A stretch of 64,000 nucleotides of DNA, taken from contig DASQAL010000254.1 in assembly GCA_035635775.1 (NCBI GenBank), forward strand, positions 13,035 through 77,034, in the 5' to 3' direction. The notes beneath the pieces are model-generated. The model saw only the letters and a list, made by a program, of their open reading frames with translations, was not told the origin of the DNA and ran no database searches. The position numbers were made by a program, and so were the translations under genes. This document shows positions 10,129-19,448 of this stretch, piece by piece; position 1 is the stretch's first letter; each line of letters starts with the position of its first letter. This stretch comes from Candidatus Acidiferrum sp. (GTDB taxonomy: Bacteria; Methylomirabilota; Methylomirabilia; Rokubacteriales; CSP1-6).

Positions 10129-12368
10129 CAGCGTGACTCCTTCGTCTTCGTCGCGGCGGCAGGCGTCTTCGTCGCGGCGGCGGGCGTCGCGGCGGTGGGG
10201 GCCGGATCCTCGCCCACCTCGAGCCGCGCCCGCTGGATGCGAATCGGCGCCATCGACACCGGCATGGGCAGCCGGCGCAGGCGCGGGGTCGGGCCGAAGT
10301 TTCTCACGATCCAGTCCACCAGGAACCCCGGCAGCCGCACCCCGGCGTAGCGGAGGTCGGCGGCACGCAGGGTGAACGGCGCGGGCGGCGACCCCGCCGC
10401 CAGCGCCAGCCGCGCCGAGAGCCCAGGCCCCGGCAGCGCCCAGCGGGCCTGGATCCACCCCTCGTCCATCGTGGCGCGCAGCCCGGCCAGGCCGCGCTGC
10501 TGGGCGATGAACTCGCCCAGGTCCCGCTCGGCGATCCCCAGCCGCTCCACGTGGAGGGAGCCGACGTCGAGGAGCTCGACCGCGCCGGTGACCGCGAGCC
10601 GGCCCGGGTTCACCACCATGTCGCGGACGCGCAGGCGCACCGGGCCGATGCGCAGCGGCGGCTTCCGCCGGACGAACGCGCCGACCAGCGCCGACTCCGC
10701 CTCCACCGTGATCGTGTCCACCGATCCGGCCGCCAGCCCGTCGTCTCGGTAATCGACGGTCACGCGGAGGCCCTGCGCGTCGCGGACTACGTCGGCCAGC
10801 AGCCCGGCCACACCGCGCCGCAGCCTCATGGCGAGCTCGGCCGGCGCCACCCCACGGACCGGCTCGAGGTGGCGCATCCGCACCATGCCCTCGCTGCCGT
10901 CCGGCAGCGGCACGCGCGCGATCACCGGGTAGGCCGCGGCCAGCCACGGGTCCCCACCCTCCAGCGCGGCCATGATCCGGTCGGGCTTGGCGGAGGCCGC
11001 GTCGGGCCCCTGGTCACCCGTTTTCACGATGGCGAAGTCGACGCCGAGCGGGGCCTGCTCCCACGCGCGGCTCAGGCGGAGCGGCAGCCGATCGCGCGTC
11101 ACCTCGTAGCGGAAGTTGGATACCGAGAGGAAGTTGTCGTTGGGCACCACCGCCACCCGCGCCCCGCCGGGGCCCGCCGCCCGCAGGATGGCGTCGAGGA
11201 TCTCCCGATGATGCCAGTCCCGCCCGTCAGGCGGCCAGGAGAACGCCACCGAGGAGACGGTCGGCGCCAGCAGCGTGGGCGGCGGGAGCGCGAAGGCCGC
11301 CGAGCCCACCTGCGCGACGCCCACGATCGCGCAGGCCCAGCCGAGCCCCCGCCGCGCGCGCGGCGGGAGCGCGCTCACGCCGGCCCCCGTCACCAGCGCC
11401 GCGGCAGGCAGGAGCGGCAGGGTGTAGCGCAGGTTCTTGTTCTGGATGAGGACGAAGATCAGGCACGGCGCCAGGGCGGCCCACAGGAGGCCGCGGGCCC
11501 GCGGCCGGCGCGCGAGCGCCACGATCCCCCACAGCAAGAGCGCGGTCGCCAGGAGACCCCACTGGGGAATGATCCCCTGGGGATAGAACAGCAGCGAGGA
11601 GCCGCTGAACGCCGGCGCGTGCCCCGATTCGGCCGCCTGCTTGAACGAGCGGTTGATGATCTGCGCCGGCAACCCGACCAGGCGCGGCCCGTACCACGGC
11701 AGCGTGATCGCCGCGGCCACCCCCAGCGCGGCGAGCAGGTGCATCATGCGGGCCCGGCGCTCCGGCGCTCGGAGCCCCCGCCACGCGACCCAGAGGAGCG
11801 GCCCCGAGAGATACGCGGCGAAGGGCGGCTTGGTGAGCATGCCCAGGCCGAGCACCAGGCCCAGCCCGAGCGTCCACCGGCGGACCGACAGATCCTCCGT
11901 CCGCACGAGCGTGTAGAGGGAAAGGGCCACCATGGCGGCCAGCGGCAGGTCGAGCTGGAAGTTCAGCAGCATGAACACGACGAAGGGCGCGGTCGCGAAC
12001 AGGAAGGCCGCGAGCAGGCCCGCGTCGGCGTCGAGCAGCCGTCGCCCGAGGCCGAAGACGGCGAGCGTGCCCACGACCAGGAAAGCCCAGATCACCGCCT
12101 GGGCGGTCAGCGGAACGATGGGCAACGCGAAGTAGAGGAGCCCGGCCGCGCACGTCGCGATCGGCGGGTAGAAGCTCGACTCGGCGATGATCTCCTGCAG
12201 CCAGTCGCGCCCCGGCGCGGCGAGGCTCCGGTGACAGGCGACGGCGCGCTCGAGATGGTTGGCGTGATCCCATTCGGGCGGGCGGCGATCGATCCCGAGC
12301 CAGACGACCATGACCGTGGCCAGCCCGACCAGCAGACCGGTCAGCGCGAGCCGGTGCCGGCCGCTCAT
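10128..12368 (-). CDS. GT-C superfamily membrane glycosyltransferase (PMT/ArnT-like, GT39/GT83 type) with ~330-aa C-terminal soluble domain of unknown function
   Basis: About 12 predicted TM helices in the N-terminal 400 aa resembling polyprenyl-phosphate-sugar dependent transferases; C-terminal tail has tandem TPAAATK repeat; start overlaps methyltransferase stop (ATGA). Confidence 0.6.
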   Translation of the reverse strand: MSGRHRLALTGLLVGLATVMVVWLGIDRRPPEWDHANHLERAVACHRSLAAPGRDWLQEIIAESSFYPPIATCAAGLLYFALPIVPLTAQAVIWAFLVVGTLAVFGLGRRLLDADAGLLAAFLFATAPFVVFMLLNFQLDLPLAAMVALSLYTLVRTEDLSVRRWTLGLGLVLGLGMLTKPPFAAYLSGPLLWVAWRGLRAPERRARMMHLLAALGVAAAITLPWYGPRLVGLPAQIINRSFKQAAESGHAPAFSGSSLLFYPQGIIPQWGLLATALLLWGIVALARRPRARGLLWAALAPCLIFVLIQNKNLRYTLPLLPAAALVTGAGVSALPPRARRGLGWACAIVGVAQVGSAAFALPPPTLLAPTVSSVAFSWPPDGRDWHHREILDAILRAAGPGGARVAVVPNDNFLSVSNFRYEVTRDRLPLRLSRAWEQAPLGVDFAIVKTGDQGPDAASAKPDRIMAALEGGDPWLAAAYPVIARVPLPDGSEGMVRMRHLEPVRGVAPAELAMRLRRGVAGLLADVVRDAQGLRVTVDYRDDGLAAGSVDTITVEAESALVGAFVRRKPPLRIGPVRLRVRDMVVNPGRLAVTGAVELLDVGSLHVERLGIAERDLGEFIAQQRGLAGLRATMDEGWIQARWALPGPGLSARLALAAGSPPAPFTLRAADLRYAGVRLPGFLVDWIVRNFGPTPRLRRLPMPVSMAPIRIQRARLEVGEDPAPTAATPAAATKTPAAATKTKESR

Positions 12369-13093
12369 GAATCGGCGCGCCGGGCCGCCAGCAGGATCGA
12401 GATGCCGAACGGGGGCGACATCCACCCGAGGAGCCGGGCCTCGGCCGAGAAGCAGGCGGCGAGCGCGCGGTTCCACCGCGGCGCCGGACGGTCGAGATCG
12501 TGCCCGGGTCGCCGCAGCGCCGCCCGCACGAGGCGCACCGCCATGATCGGCGGAGCCAGAAGCGTGTTGAAGTAGGTCAGCCGCTCCACCGCGAAGCCGG
12601 CCCGCTCCGCGACCTGTCGCAGACCCCTCGCCGTGTAGCGGCGGCGGTGGCCCAGCAGCTCGTCGTGGCGGCTCCAGAGCCAGGCGTAGGCCGGCACCGT
12701 CACGAAGAGGCGGCCGCCCGGCACGAGGAGCCGCCGGCAGGCGGAGAGGGCCCCGGCCTCGTCGTCCACGTGCTCGAGCACGTCGAAGAGGCAGACCGCG
12801 TCCCAGCGGCCGAGCTCGAGCGGGATCGCGTCCGGCAGGGCGCCCGCCCGCACGTCGAGGCCGCGCTCGCGGGCGCGGGCGCGGAGCGCGGGATCCGTCT
12901 CGACGCCGACCGCGGTGCCGAAGCGCCCGAGCGCCTCCAGCATGCCGCCGCTGCCGCAGCCGAGCTCGGCCAGGCGCGCGCCTCCCGCGGGCAGCCGGCG
13001 GGCCATCTCGGCGAGGATGACCGCGCGCCGGCCGACGAACCACCAGTGGGCGCGGTCCTCTTCCGCGTGCACCGCCGCGTACGCTGGGTCCAT
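12365..13093 (-). CDS. class I SAM-dependent methyltransferase
   Basis: LAELGCGSGGMLE (motif I), DAVCLFDVLEHV, LLVPGGRLFV motif order typical of Methyltransf_11/23. Confidence 0.75.
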   Translation of the reverse strand: MDPAYAAVHAEEDRAHWWFVGRRAVILAEMARRLPAGGARLAELGCGSGGMLEALGRFGTAVGVETDPALRARARERGLDVRAGALPDAIPLELGRWDAVCLFDVLEHVDDEAGALSACRRLLVPGGRLFVTVPAYAWLWSRHDELLGHRRRYTARGLRQVAERAGFAVERLTYFNTLLAPPIMAVRLVRAALRRPGHDLDRPAPRWNRALAACFSAEARLLGWMSPPFGISILLAARRADS

Positions 13094-13097
13094 GCGG

Positions 13098-13520
13098 TCA
13101 GGCGAGGGCCCGGCGTATCGTCTCGATCCGCTCGCGCGCGGTGGCGGGCGCCAGGGGCGCCGCCTGGTGCTCGACCGTCCAGATCGGCGCGCGGAGCCCG
13201 GGATCGGTCGCCAGGCGTGGCACCAGGTGCCAGTGAATGTGCGGCACCAGGTTGCCGAGCAGCTCGTAGTTCATCTTGACGGGGCGGAAGACGCGGGCGA
13301 GCGCCTGTGCCACGCGACTCACCTCCTCCATGAGCGTCGCGCGCTCCGGCGCGGGCAGATCATAGAGCTCGGTGACGTGCCGGCGCAGCACCAGGAGCAC
13401 GTAGCCGGGGAAGAACTGGTCCTCGTGCAGGAACACGCGGGAGAGGTCCAGATCGACGACGTGCAGGTCGCCGCCGCTCCGGCCGTACTTGTCGCACATC
13501 ACACAGGCCACGTCGGTCAC
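13098..13520 (-). CDS. HIT (histidine triad) family hydrolase
   Basis: C-terminal HIHWHLVPR histidine triad; N-terminal CVMCDK resembles the CxFC of HIT proteins; GTG start overlapping aminotransferase stop (ATG 21 nt downstream is an alternative). Confidence 0.65.
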   Translation of the reverse strand: MTDVACVMCDKYGRSGGDLHVVDLDLSRVFLHEDQFFPGYVLLVLRRHVTELYDLPAPERATLMEEVSRVAQALARVFRPVKMNYELLGNLVPHIHWHLVPRLATDPGLRAPIWTVEHQAAPLAPATARERIETIRRALA

Positions 13521-14659
13521 GGGCGCTCGGACAGGAAGCGGCCGATCCGGACCATCGCCTCCTGGATCCGCTCGAGCGACTGGGCGTACGAGAAGCGCAG
13601 GTAGCCCTCCGCATTGCGGCCGAAATCCACGCCGGGCGTCACGCCCACGTGGGCCTGCTCGAGGATCTCGAACGCGAACGCGAGCGAGTCGCTCGTAAAG
13701 CGGCGGGCGTTGGCCAGCACGTAGAAGGCGCCGGTGGGCGGCGCGCCGACGCCGAGCCCGATGCTCCGGAGGCCGGCCACCATCGCCCGCCGCCGCTCGT
13801 CGAAGATGCGGCGGAAGCGGGCGCTCTCGTCGGCCGCCTCCCGGAGGGCGGCGAGCGCCGCCCACTGCACGAACTCGTTGGTCGAGATGAAGAAGTTGCC
13901 GTGCATGGCGGCCAGCGCGGGCATGAACTCCCGAGGGGCGATCACGTAGCCGACGCGCCAGCCGGTCATGGCGAAGGCCTTGGAGAAGCCGTTCAGCACG
14001 AACGCGTGGTCGGTGAACTCGAGCACGGTGTGCTCCGGCCCCTCGTAGGTGAGGCCGTGGTAGATCTCGTCGGAGATCACCCAGGGGCCGAGGCGGCAGA
14101 GGGCGGCCAGCCGCTCCGCGCTCAGCACGGTGCCGGTCGGGTTGGCCGGCGAGTTGACGAGGATGCCCTTGGTCCGCGGGGTGAGGCGGGCCGCCACCGC
14201 GTCCGGCCGGAACTGGAAGGCGTCCGACTCCTCCACCGGCACGTAGACCGGCACGCCGCCCGAGAACTTCACGAACTTCGGATAGCAGGCGTAGTAGGGG
14301 TCGGAGAGGATCACCTCGTCGCCCGGGTCGACCAGCGCGCTGAAGAGCAGCAGCATCGCGGGCGAGGTGCCCGCGGTCACCAGGATCTGGTCCGGCGATA
14401 CCGTCACGCCGTAGCGGGCGTGGTAGTGCTCGGCGATCGCCTCGCGCAGCGGCAGGATCCCGAGGGTGTGGGCGTAGCGGGTGCGACCGTCCTTGAGCGC
14501 CTTCTCGGCCGCCTCGCGGATGACGGCCGGCGTGTCGAAGTCCGGCTCCCCGAACTCCAGGTGGATGACGTCGATCCCCTGCCGCTCGAGGGCCTGGGCG
14601 CGCTGGAAGACCTCGACGGCCAGGAACGGCTCGATCTCCTGGGTGCGGCGCGCGATCAT
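13517..14659 (-). CDS. pyridoxal-phosphate-dependent aminotransferase, class I/II (aspartate/aromatic aminotransferase fold)
   Basis: 380-aa product; SKAFAMTGWRVGY lysine region, NSPANPTG, typical AAT_I fold order. Confidence 0.85.
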   Translation of the reverse strand: MIARRTQEIEPFLAVEVFQRAQALERQGIDVIHLEFGEPDFDTPAVIREAAEKALKDGRTRYAHTLGILPLREAIAEHYHARYGVTVSPDQILVTAGTSPAMLLLFSALVDPGDEVILSDPYYACYPKFVKFSGGVPVYVPVEESDAFQFRPDAVAARLTPRTKGILVNSPANPTGTVLSAERLAALCRLGPWVISDEIYHGLTYEGPEHTVLEFTDHAFVLNGFSKAFAMTGWRVGYVIAPREFMPALAAMHGNFFISTNEFVQWAALAALREAADESARFRRIFDERRRAMVAGLRSIGLGVGAPPTGAFYVLANARRFTSDSLAFAFEILEQAHVGVTPGVDFGRNAEGYLRFSYAQSLERIQEAMVRIGRFLSERP

Positions 14660-15405
14660 GCGCCCCGACCTCCGGTCGGGCGCCCGCCGAGACGACGCCG
14701 CGCCGCCAGCACCTCGTAGACCATGCGCGGCCCCTCGCGCAGCACGCCGACCTTGGACCCCGGCTGGTCGGCCCAGTTGATCGGAACCTCCACGATGCGG
14801 AAGCCGCGGCGCTCGGCGAGCATCAGCAGCTCGACGTCGAAGCCGAAGCCGTCGGTGGTGACGTGCGGGAAGAGCGCCTCCGCCGCCGCCGCGCGGAAGA
14901 GCTTGAAGCCGCATTGGGTGTCCACCACCGAGGCGATCCCGAGGCGCCGCACCAAGAAGTTGAACACGTGGCCGGAGAGCTTGCGATGCAGGCGGACCTG
15001 GCGGATCACCGAGGGGTCGTGGAGCACGCGCGAGCCGACCGCGAGGTCGGCGCCCGCCACCACCGCCGCTTCGAGCCGCGCCACCTCCCCGATGGGCGTG
15101 GCCCCGTCCGCGTCGGCCATGAGCCGGAGCCGGCCGGCCGCCCGCGCCATGCCCGCGCGCACCGCGTGGCCCTTGCCCCGGTTCCGGCCGAGCGCGTGCA
15201 CGGTCACGCTTGTCCGCCCGGCGGCCACCTCGCGCACCCGGTCGGCGGTCCCGTCCTGGCTGCCGTCGTCCACGACGATCACCTCGTACGACTCGTCGCG
15301 CCCCTCGAAATAGGCCTGGATCTCCTTCAGATAGCTGGGCAGCCGGGACGCCTCGTTGTACGCGGGGATGACCACCGACCAGCGCGGGCCCCGCACGCCG
15401 CCCAC
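14656..15405 (-). CDS. GT2 family polyprenyl-phosphate glycosyltransferase (DPM1/ArnC/GtrB-like)
   Basis: SVVIPAYNE, VVDDGSQDGT, DAD motifs; start uncertain (GTG candidates at 15405 or 15396); the listed ATG would overlap the malic-enzyme gene by 70 nt. Confidence 0.75.
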   Translation of the reverse strand: MGGVRGPRWSVVIPAYNEASRLPSYLKEIQAYFEGRDESYEVIVVDDGSQDGTADRVREVAAGRTSVTVHALGRNRGKGHAVRAGMARAAGRLRLMADADGATPIGEVARLEAAVVAGADLAVGSRVLHDPSVIRQVRLHRKLSGHVFNFLVRRLGIASVVDTQCGFKLFRAAAAEALFPHVTTDGFGFDVELLMLAERRGFRIVEVPINWADQPGSKVGVLREGPRMVYEVLAARRRLGGRPTGGRGA

Positions 15406-15412
15406 GGGCGCC

Positions 15413-16849
15413 CTAGAACCAGTCGGGCGCGTCGGCGCGGCGGCGGCGCCGGGCCACGCCCGTCTTCTGGGCGGCCTTCGCAACCTCGCGGGCCACCGCG
15501 GGCGCCACCTGCTTGTTGAAGACGCTCGGGATGATGTACTCGGGGCCCAGCTCGGCGCGGCCCACGCAGGAGGCGATGGCGTGGGCGGCCGCGATCTTCA
15601 TCTCGTCGTTCACCAGCCGCGCCCGGGAATCGAGCAGCCCGCGGAAGAAGCCGGGGAAGCAGAGCACGTTGTTGATCTGGTTCGGGTAGTCGGAGCGGCC
15701 GGTAGCCATCACCCGCACGTGGCGCTCGGCCTCCTCCGGCTGGATCTCGGGCACCGGGTTCGCCATCGCGAAGACGATCCGGTCGCGGGCCATGCTCTTG
15801 ACGTCCCGCACCGTGAGCACCCGCGGCACCGACAGGCCGATGAACACGTCCGCGCCCCGGATGGCGTCGGACATCCGGCCCTTGACGTTGCCGGGATTGG
15901 TCGCCGAGGCCACCCACGTCTTCATGAAGTCCATCCCGACGGGACGGCCCCGGTGGATCGTCCCGTGCTCGTCCACCCCGATGATGTTCCGGGTCCCTAA
16001 GGCGAGCAGGATCTTGATCGTCGCGGTCCCGGCGGCGCCCACGCCGGAGACTACCACCTTGATCCGGCGGATGTCCTTCTTGACGATCTTGAGCGCGTTG
16101 AGGAGCGCGGCCAGCACCACCACCGCGGTGCCGTGCTGATCGTCGTGGAAGACCGGGATGTCCAGCTCCTTCCGCAGCCGCTCCTCGATCTCGAAGCAGC
16201 GCGGGGCCGAGATGTCCTCCAGGTTGATCCCCCCGAAGGCGGGGGCGATCATCTTCACCGTCTCCACGATCTTGCCCGGATCCTTGGTGTCCAGCGGGAT
16301 GGGAAAAGCGTCCACCCCGGCCAGCTGCTTGAAGAGCATGGCCTTGCCTTCCATGACCGGCATGGCCGCTTCGGGTCCGATGTCGCCCAGCCCCAGGACC
16401 GCGGTGCCGTCGGTGACCACCGCCACCGCGTTCTGCTTGATGGTCAGGGTGAAGGCCCGGCTCGGGTCGTCCTTGATCGCGAGGCAGACCCGCGCCACCC
16501 CCGGGGTATACGCCATGCTGAGGTCGTCGCGGGTCCGGATCGGCACCTTGCTGTGGATCTCGATCTTGCCGCCCAGATGCATCAGGAACGTGCGGTCCGA
16601 GATATTGGCGATCCGCACCCCGGTGATGCCCTTGAGGCGATCGACGATGTCGTGGGCATGCCGGCTGTCGCGGGCCTTGATCGTGATGTCGCGGAGGACG
16701 TGCTCCCTGCTCATCTCGACCAGGTCCACGGCCCCGATGTCCCCGCCGGCCTTGCCGATGACCGAGGTGACGCGGCCCAGCATTCCGGGCTTGTTCCGGA
16801 TCCCGAGCCGAACCGTGAAGCTGTAGGAGGCGCTGGGGGCTACGGCCAT
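15413..16849 (-). CDS. NAD(P)-dependent malic enzyme with N-terminal ACT regulatory domain
   Basis: ACT-like N-terminus (SFTVRLGIRNKPGMLGRVTSVIG) followed by malic-enzyme motifs (YTPGVA, FHDDQHGTAVV, VVSGVGAAG); 478-aa version of the 607-aa listed ORF. Confidence 0.8.
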   Translation of the reverse strand: MAVAPSASYSFTVRLGIRNKPGMLGRVTSVIGKAGGDIGAVDLVEMSREHVLRDITIKARDSRHAHDIVDRLKGITGVRIANISDRTFLMHLGGKIEIHSKVPIRTRDDLSMAYTPGVARVCLAIKDDPSRAFTLTIKQNAVAVVTDGTAVLGLGDIGPEAAMPVMEGKAMLFKQLAGVDAFPIPLDTKDPGKIVETVKMIAPAFGGINLEDISAPRCFEIEERLRKELDIPVFHDDQHGTAVVVLAALLNALKIVKKDIRRIKVVVSGVGAAGTATIKILLALGTRNIIGVDEHGTIHRGRPVGMDFMKTWVASATNPGNVKGRMSDAIRGADVFIGLSVPRVLTVRDVKSMARDRIVFAMANPVPEIQPEEAERHVRVMATGRSDYPNQINNVLCFPGFFRGLLDSRARLVNDEMKIAAAHAIASCVGRAELGPEYIIPSVFNKQVAPAVAREVAKAAQKTGVARRRRRADAPDWF

Positions 16850-16961
16850 CAATCGCTCGTCATGGCGGGCATTTAGACGGTAAGACCGGGCCTCCGGCGG
16901 TGTCAACAATTTTCCCGCCGCCGGTTGACCCGCTCGTGGCGCCCATGGTACTCCACCCCCT

Positions 16962-17555
16962 GTGCCTGGACGACTCGCCTCAGCACTGCTCACCGTCGCG
17001 CTCTGCGGAGTCCCCCTCGCAGGATCGGCAATCGCCGAGACCGAGCGCTGGGTTGTGGAGAGCGGCAAGAGCCGCGTGGGCTTCGACGCCTTCCACCCGC
17101 TGGACAACTTCAGCGGAGCGAGCGAGACGCCCAGCGGCGAGGTGGAGCTGGACATCGAGGACCTCAAGAAGCCCATCAAGGGCGCCCTCACCGTGCCGGT
17201 CGCGAGCCTGCGCACCGGGAAGGCCGGGCGGGACAAGGATCTCCGCCGGGCGCTCGACGGAGAGCGCCATCCGGAGATCCGCTATCGGATCGCCAAGGTC
17301 GAGAGCTCGTTCGCGTCGCTGACCGACAACACCGACGTGCTGCTGACCCTCCACGGGATCCTGTCCATGCGGGGCACCGAGCGGCCCGTGAGCTTCATGG
17401 GGCGGGTTCGCCTACGGCAGGGCACCCTCTGGGTTCGCGGCGAGAACCGGATCCGGCCCGCCGACTTCGGAATCCCGCCGCTCCGCTCCTGGCTGATCAG
17501 CATGAAGGAGCACGTCCTGGCCACGTTCGACCTCGTGCTGAGCAAAGCAAAGTAA
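16962..17555 (+). CDS. YceI-like periplasmic polyisoprenoid-binding protein
   Basis: Signal peptide then YceI-family pattern; codon at 16962 reads GTG in the sequence. Confidence 0.65.
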   Translation: MPGRLASALLTVALCGVPLAGSAIAETERWVVESGKSRVGFDAFHPLDNFSGASETPSGEVELDIEDLKKPIKGALTVPVASLRTGKAGRDKDLRRALDGERHPEIRYRIAKVESSFASLTDNTDVLLTLHGILSMRGTERPVSFMGRVRLRQGTLWVRGENRIRPADFGIPPLRSWLISMKEHVLATFDLVLSKAK

Positions 17556-17826
17556 CCTCCTGCCGTACCGTCCTTTTTCAGCCAATCCAGTGCCGTGGTC
17601 CCCTCTGAGCCCGACCCCGGGCTGAATACTCGGCCGGTGCCGCGCGTCTCTGGGAGCGACGCCGAGTCACGAGGAACAAGGTGCGCGGCTTGGGAGTTCC
17701 TCGAATGAACCAACGCTCTCTGAAACGCTAGACCACGAATCGCCATCTAAACGGCGAGGGCGTAGCCCACAAGGAATCGAGGCGGAAAGAAATACCGACA
17801 CATCTCGACGAGTACGAGAGGCCGTA

Positions 17827-19353
17827 ATGACTTTTAGAGAGAGTGACAGCGTGGTGGCAGCGGAGACGGGCCAATTCCGGGTGACCGCAACCGAGCCAAA
17901 GCGGCGCGGGCGTCCCGCCCAGGTGGCGGGCAAGGTGGGGGCGCCTCCGGTGGATGACGAGCTGGACCGAGTGGTGGATAGCGCGATCGAGGCGGAGGGC
18001 ACGCCGGCCCTGTCCGATGAGGCGCTGCGGCCCTCGGCCTCGCCCGCGGAAGACCCGGTCCGCCTGTACCTCAGGGAGATCGGCAAGGTCTCCCTGCTCA
18101 AGGCCTCGGAAGAGGTCGCCCTCGGCCAGCGCATCGAGGTCGGCCAGATCGCGCTCCGGCGTGCCCTGGGCCGCGTGCCCTTCGCCACGGGCCAGCTCCT
18201 GGCCCTGGTGGATCGGGTGCGCCGCGAGGAAGTGCCGCTCGAGGACGTGATCCTGCTGCCCGAGGGTGGTGAGCCCTCGCCGAGCGAGATCCGCTCGAGC
18301 CTGGCCGCCTTCGCGCGCATCCGCCGGCTGGAGCGGGAGATCGAGCGGCTGCTGGCCGCGCTCGGCGACAAGCGGCGGAACAAGACCACGCGCGCCAACT
18401 ACAACAAGTGGATCGCCCAGAACCGCGCGTCCATCCAGGGCGTGCTCGAGAAGCTGCCGCTCAAGCCGGCGCTGGCCGATCAGCTCGTCACCCAGATCCG
18501 CCTGCTGGCCAAGGGCATGCCCGCGGCGGGCACGAGCCGGTCCGAGCTGCGCCAGCTCGAGCAGAAGGCGGGGGTATCCCGCAAGGCCCTGCTCGCGTCG
18601 CTGAGCGAGATCGAGGAGCACGACCGCGTGGTACGGCAGGCCAAGAAGGAGCTGATGGAGGCCAACCTGCGGCTGGTGGTCTCGGTGGCCAAGCGCTATC
18701 TGGGGAGCGAGCTGTCGCTGCTGGACCTGGTCCAGGAGGGCAATATCGGCCTCATGAAGGCGGTGGACCGCTTCCAGTACCGGCGCGGGTTCAAGTTCTC
18801 GACCTACGCGACGTGGTGGATCCGCCAGGCGATCACGCGGGCCATCGCGGACCACTCGCGCACGATCCGCATCCCGGTGCACATGGTGGAGACGCTCAAC
18901 CGCATCTCGCGGGTGAACCGCTCCCTGGTCAACGAGATGGGGCGCGAGCCCACCCCGGAGGAGCTGGCCCAGCGCACCGGCGTGCCCGCGCGAAAGGTGC
19001 GGCTGATCCTGGAGTCCTCGCGCAAGCCGCTGTCGCTCGAGACCCCTATCGGGGACGACTCGGAGCTGGGCGACTTCCTCGAGGACAAGGGGGCGGAGTC
19101 GCCCAACGACAACCTCATCACCCAGGACCTGACCCTGCAGGTGGAGCGGGCGCTCAGCACGCTGTCGCCCAAGGAGAAGGAGATCCTGAGACTGCGCTTC
19201 GGCATCGGCGAGGCCGGCGAGCACACGCTCGAGGAGGTGGGGCGCCGCTTCTCGGTGACCCGCGAGCGCATCCGGCAGATCGAGACCAAGGCGCTGCGCA
19301 AGCTGCGCCACCCGCTACGCGGCCGCGCCCTCCGCGCCTTCGTCGAGAACTAG
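17827..19353 (+). CDS. rpoD: RNA polymerase sigma-70 factor
   Basis: Regions 1.2-4 present: [51 protein letters not shown]-like, C-terminal [16 protein letters not shown]. Confidence 0.93.
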   Translation: MTFRESDSVVAAETGQFRVTATEPKRRGRPAQVAGKVGAPPVDDELDRVVDSAIEAEGTPALSDEALRPSASPAEDPVRLYLREIGKVSLLKASEEVALGQRIEVGQIALRRALGRVPFATGQLLALVDRVRREEVPLEDVILLPEGGEPSPSEIRSSLAAFARIRRLEREIERLLAALGDKRRNKTTRANYNKWIAQNRASIQGVLEKLPLKPALADQLVTQIRLLAKGMPAAGTSRSELRQLEQKAGVSRKALLASLSEIEEHDRVVRQAKKELMEANLRLVVSVAKRYLGSELSLLDLVQEGNIGLMKAVDRFQYRRGFKFSTYATWWIRQAITRAIADHSRTIRIPVHMVETLNRISRVNRSLVNEMGREPTPEELAQRTGVPARKVRLILESSRKPLSLETPIGDDSELGDFLEDKGAESPNDNLITQDLTLQVERALSTLSPKEKEILRLRFGIGEAGEHTLEEVGRRFSVTRERIRQIETKALRKLRHPLRGRALRAFVEN

Positions 19354-19360
19354 GCCACAT

Positions 19361-19430
19361 TCGAGCGCGGGCTTCCGCCCGCGCATCCGATCTGGGGGGA
19401 TTGGGGGGAGGTTCGGAAGGGGGGCGCGAG
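19361..19430. terminator. two GC-rich hairpins between convergent rpoD and LLM genes (putative bidirectional terminator); the second hairpin belongs to a repeat family
   Basis: GCGCGGGCttccGCCCGCGC directly after rpoD stop; then ttggggggaggttcggaaggggggcgcgagcccccctcc, whose reverse complement recurs at 50548-50590. Confidence 0.55.
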
Positions 19431-19448
19431 CCCCCCTCCGAGTCTCAC

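Noticed and set aside
16880-16935. Divergent promoters between malic enzyme and yceI (TTGACA/TTGACC boxes)
   Set aside because: -35-like hexamers present on both strands, but the -10 elements at correct spacing are poor (TTACCG, TACTCC). Too weak to call.
17556-17826. Possible sigma-70 promoter or ncRNA in the 270-nt leader upstream of rpoD
   Set aside because: Could not find convincing -35/-10 hexamers or conserved structure by eye. Left unannotated.
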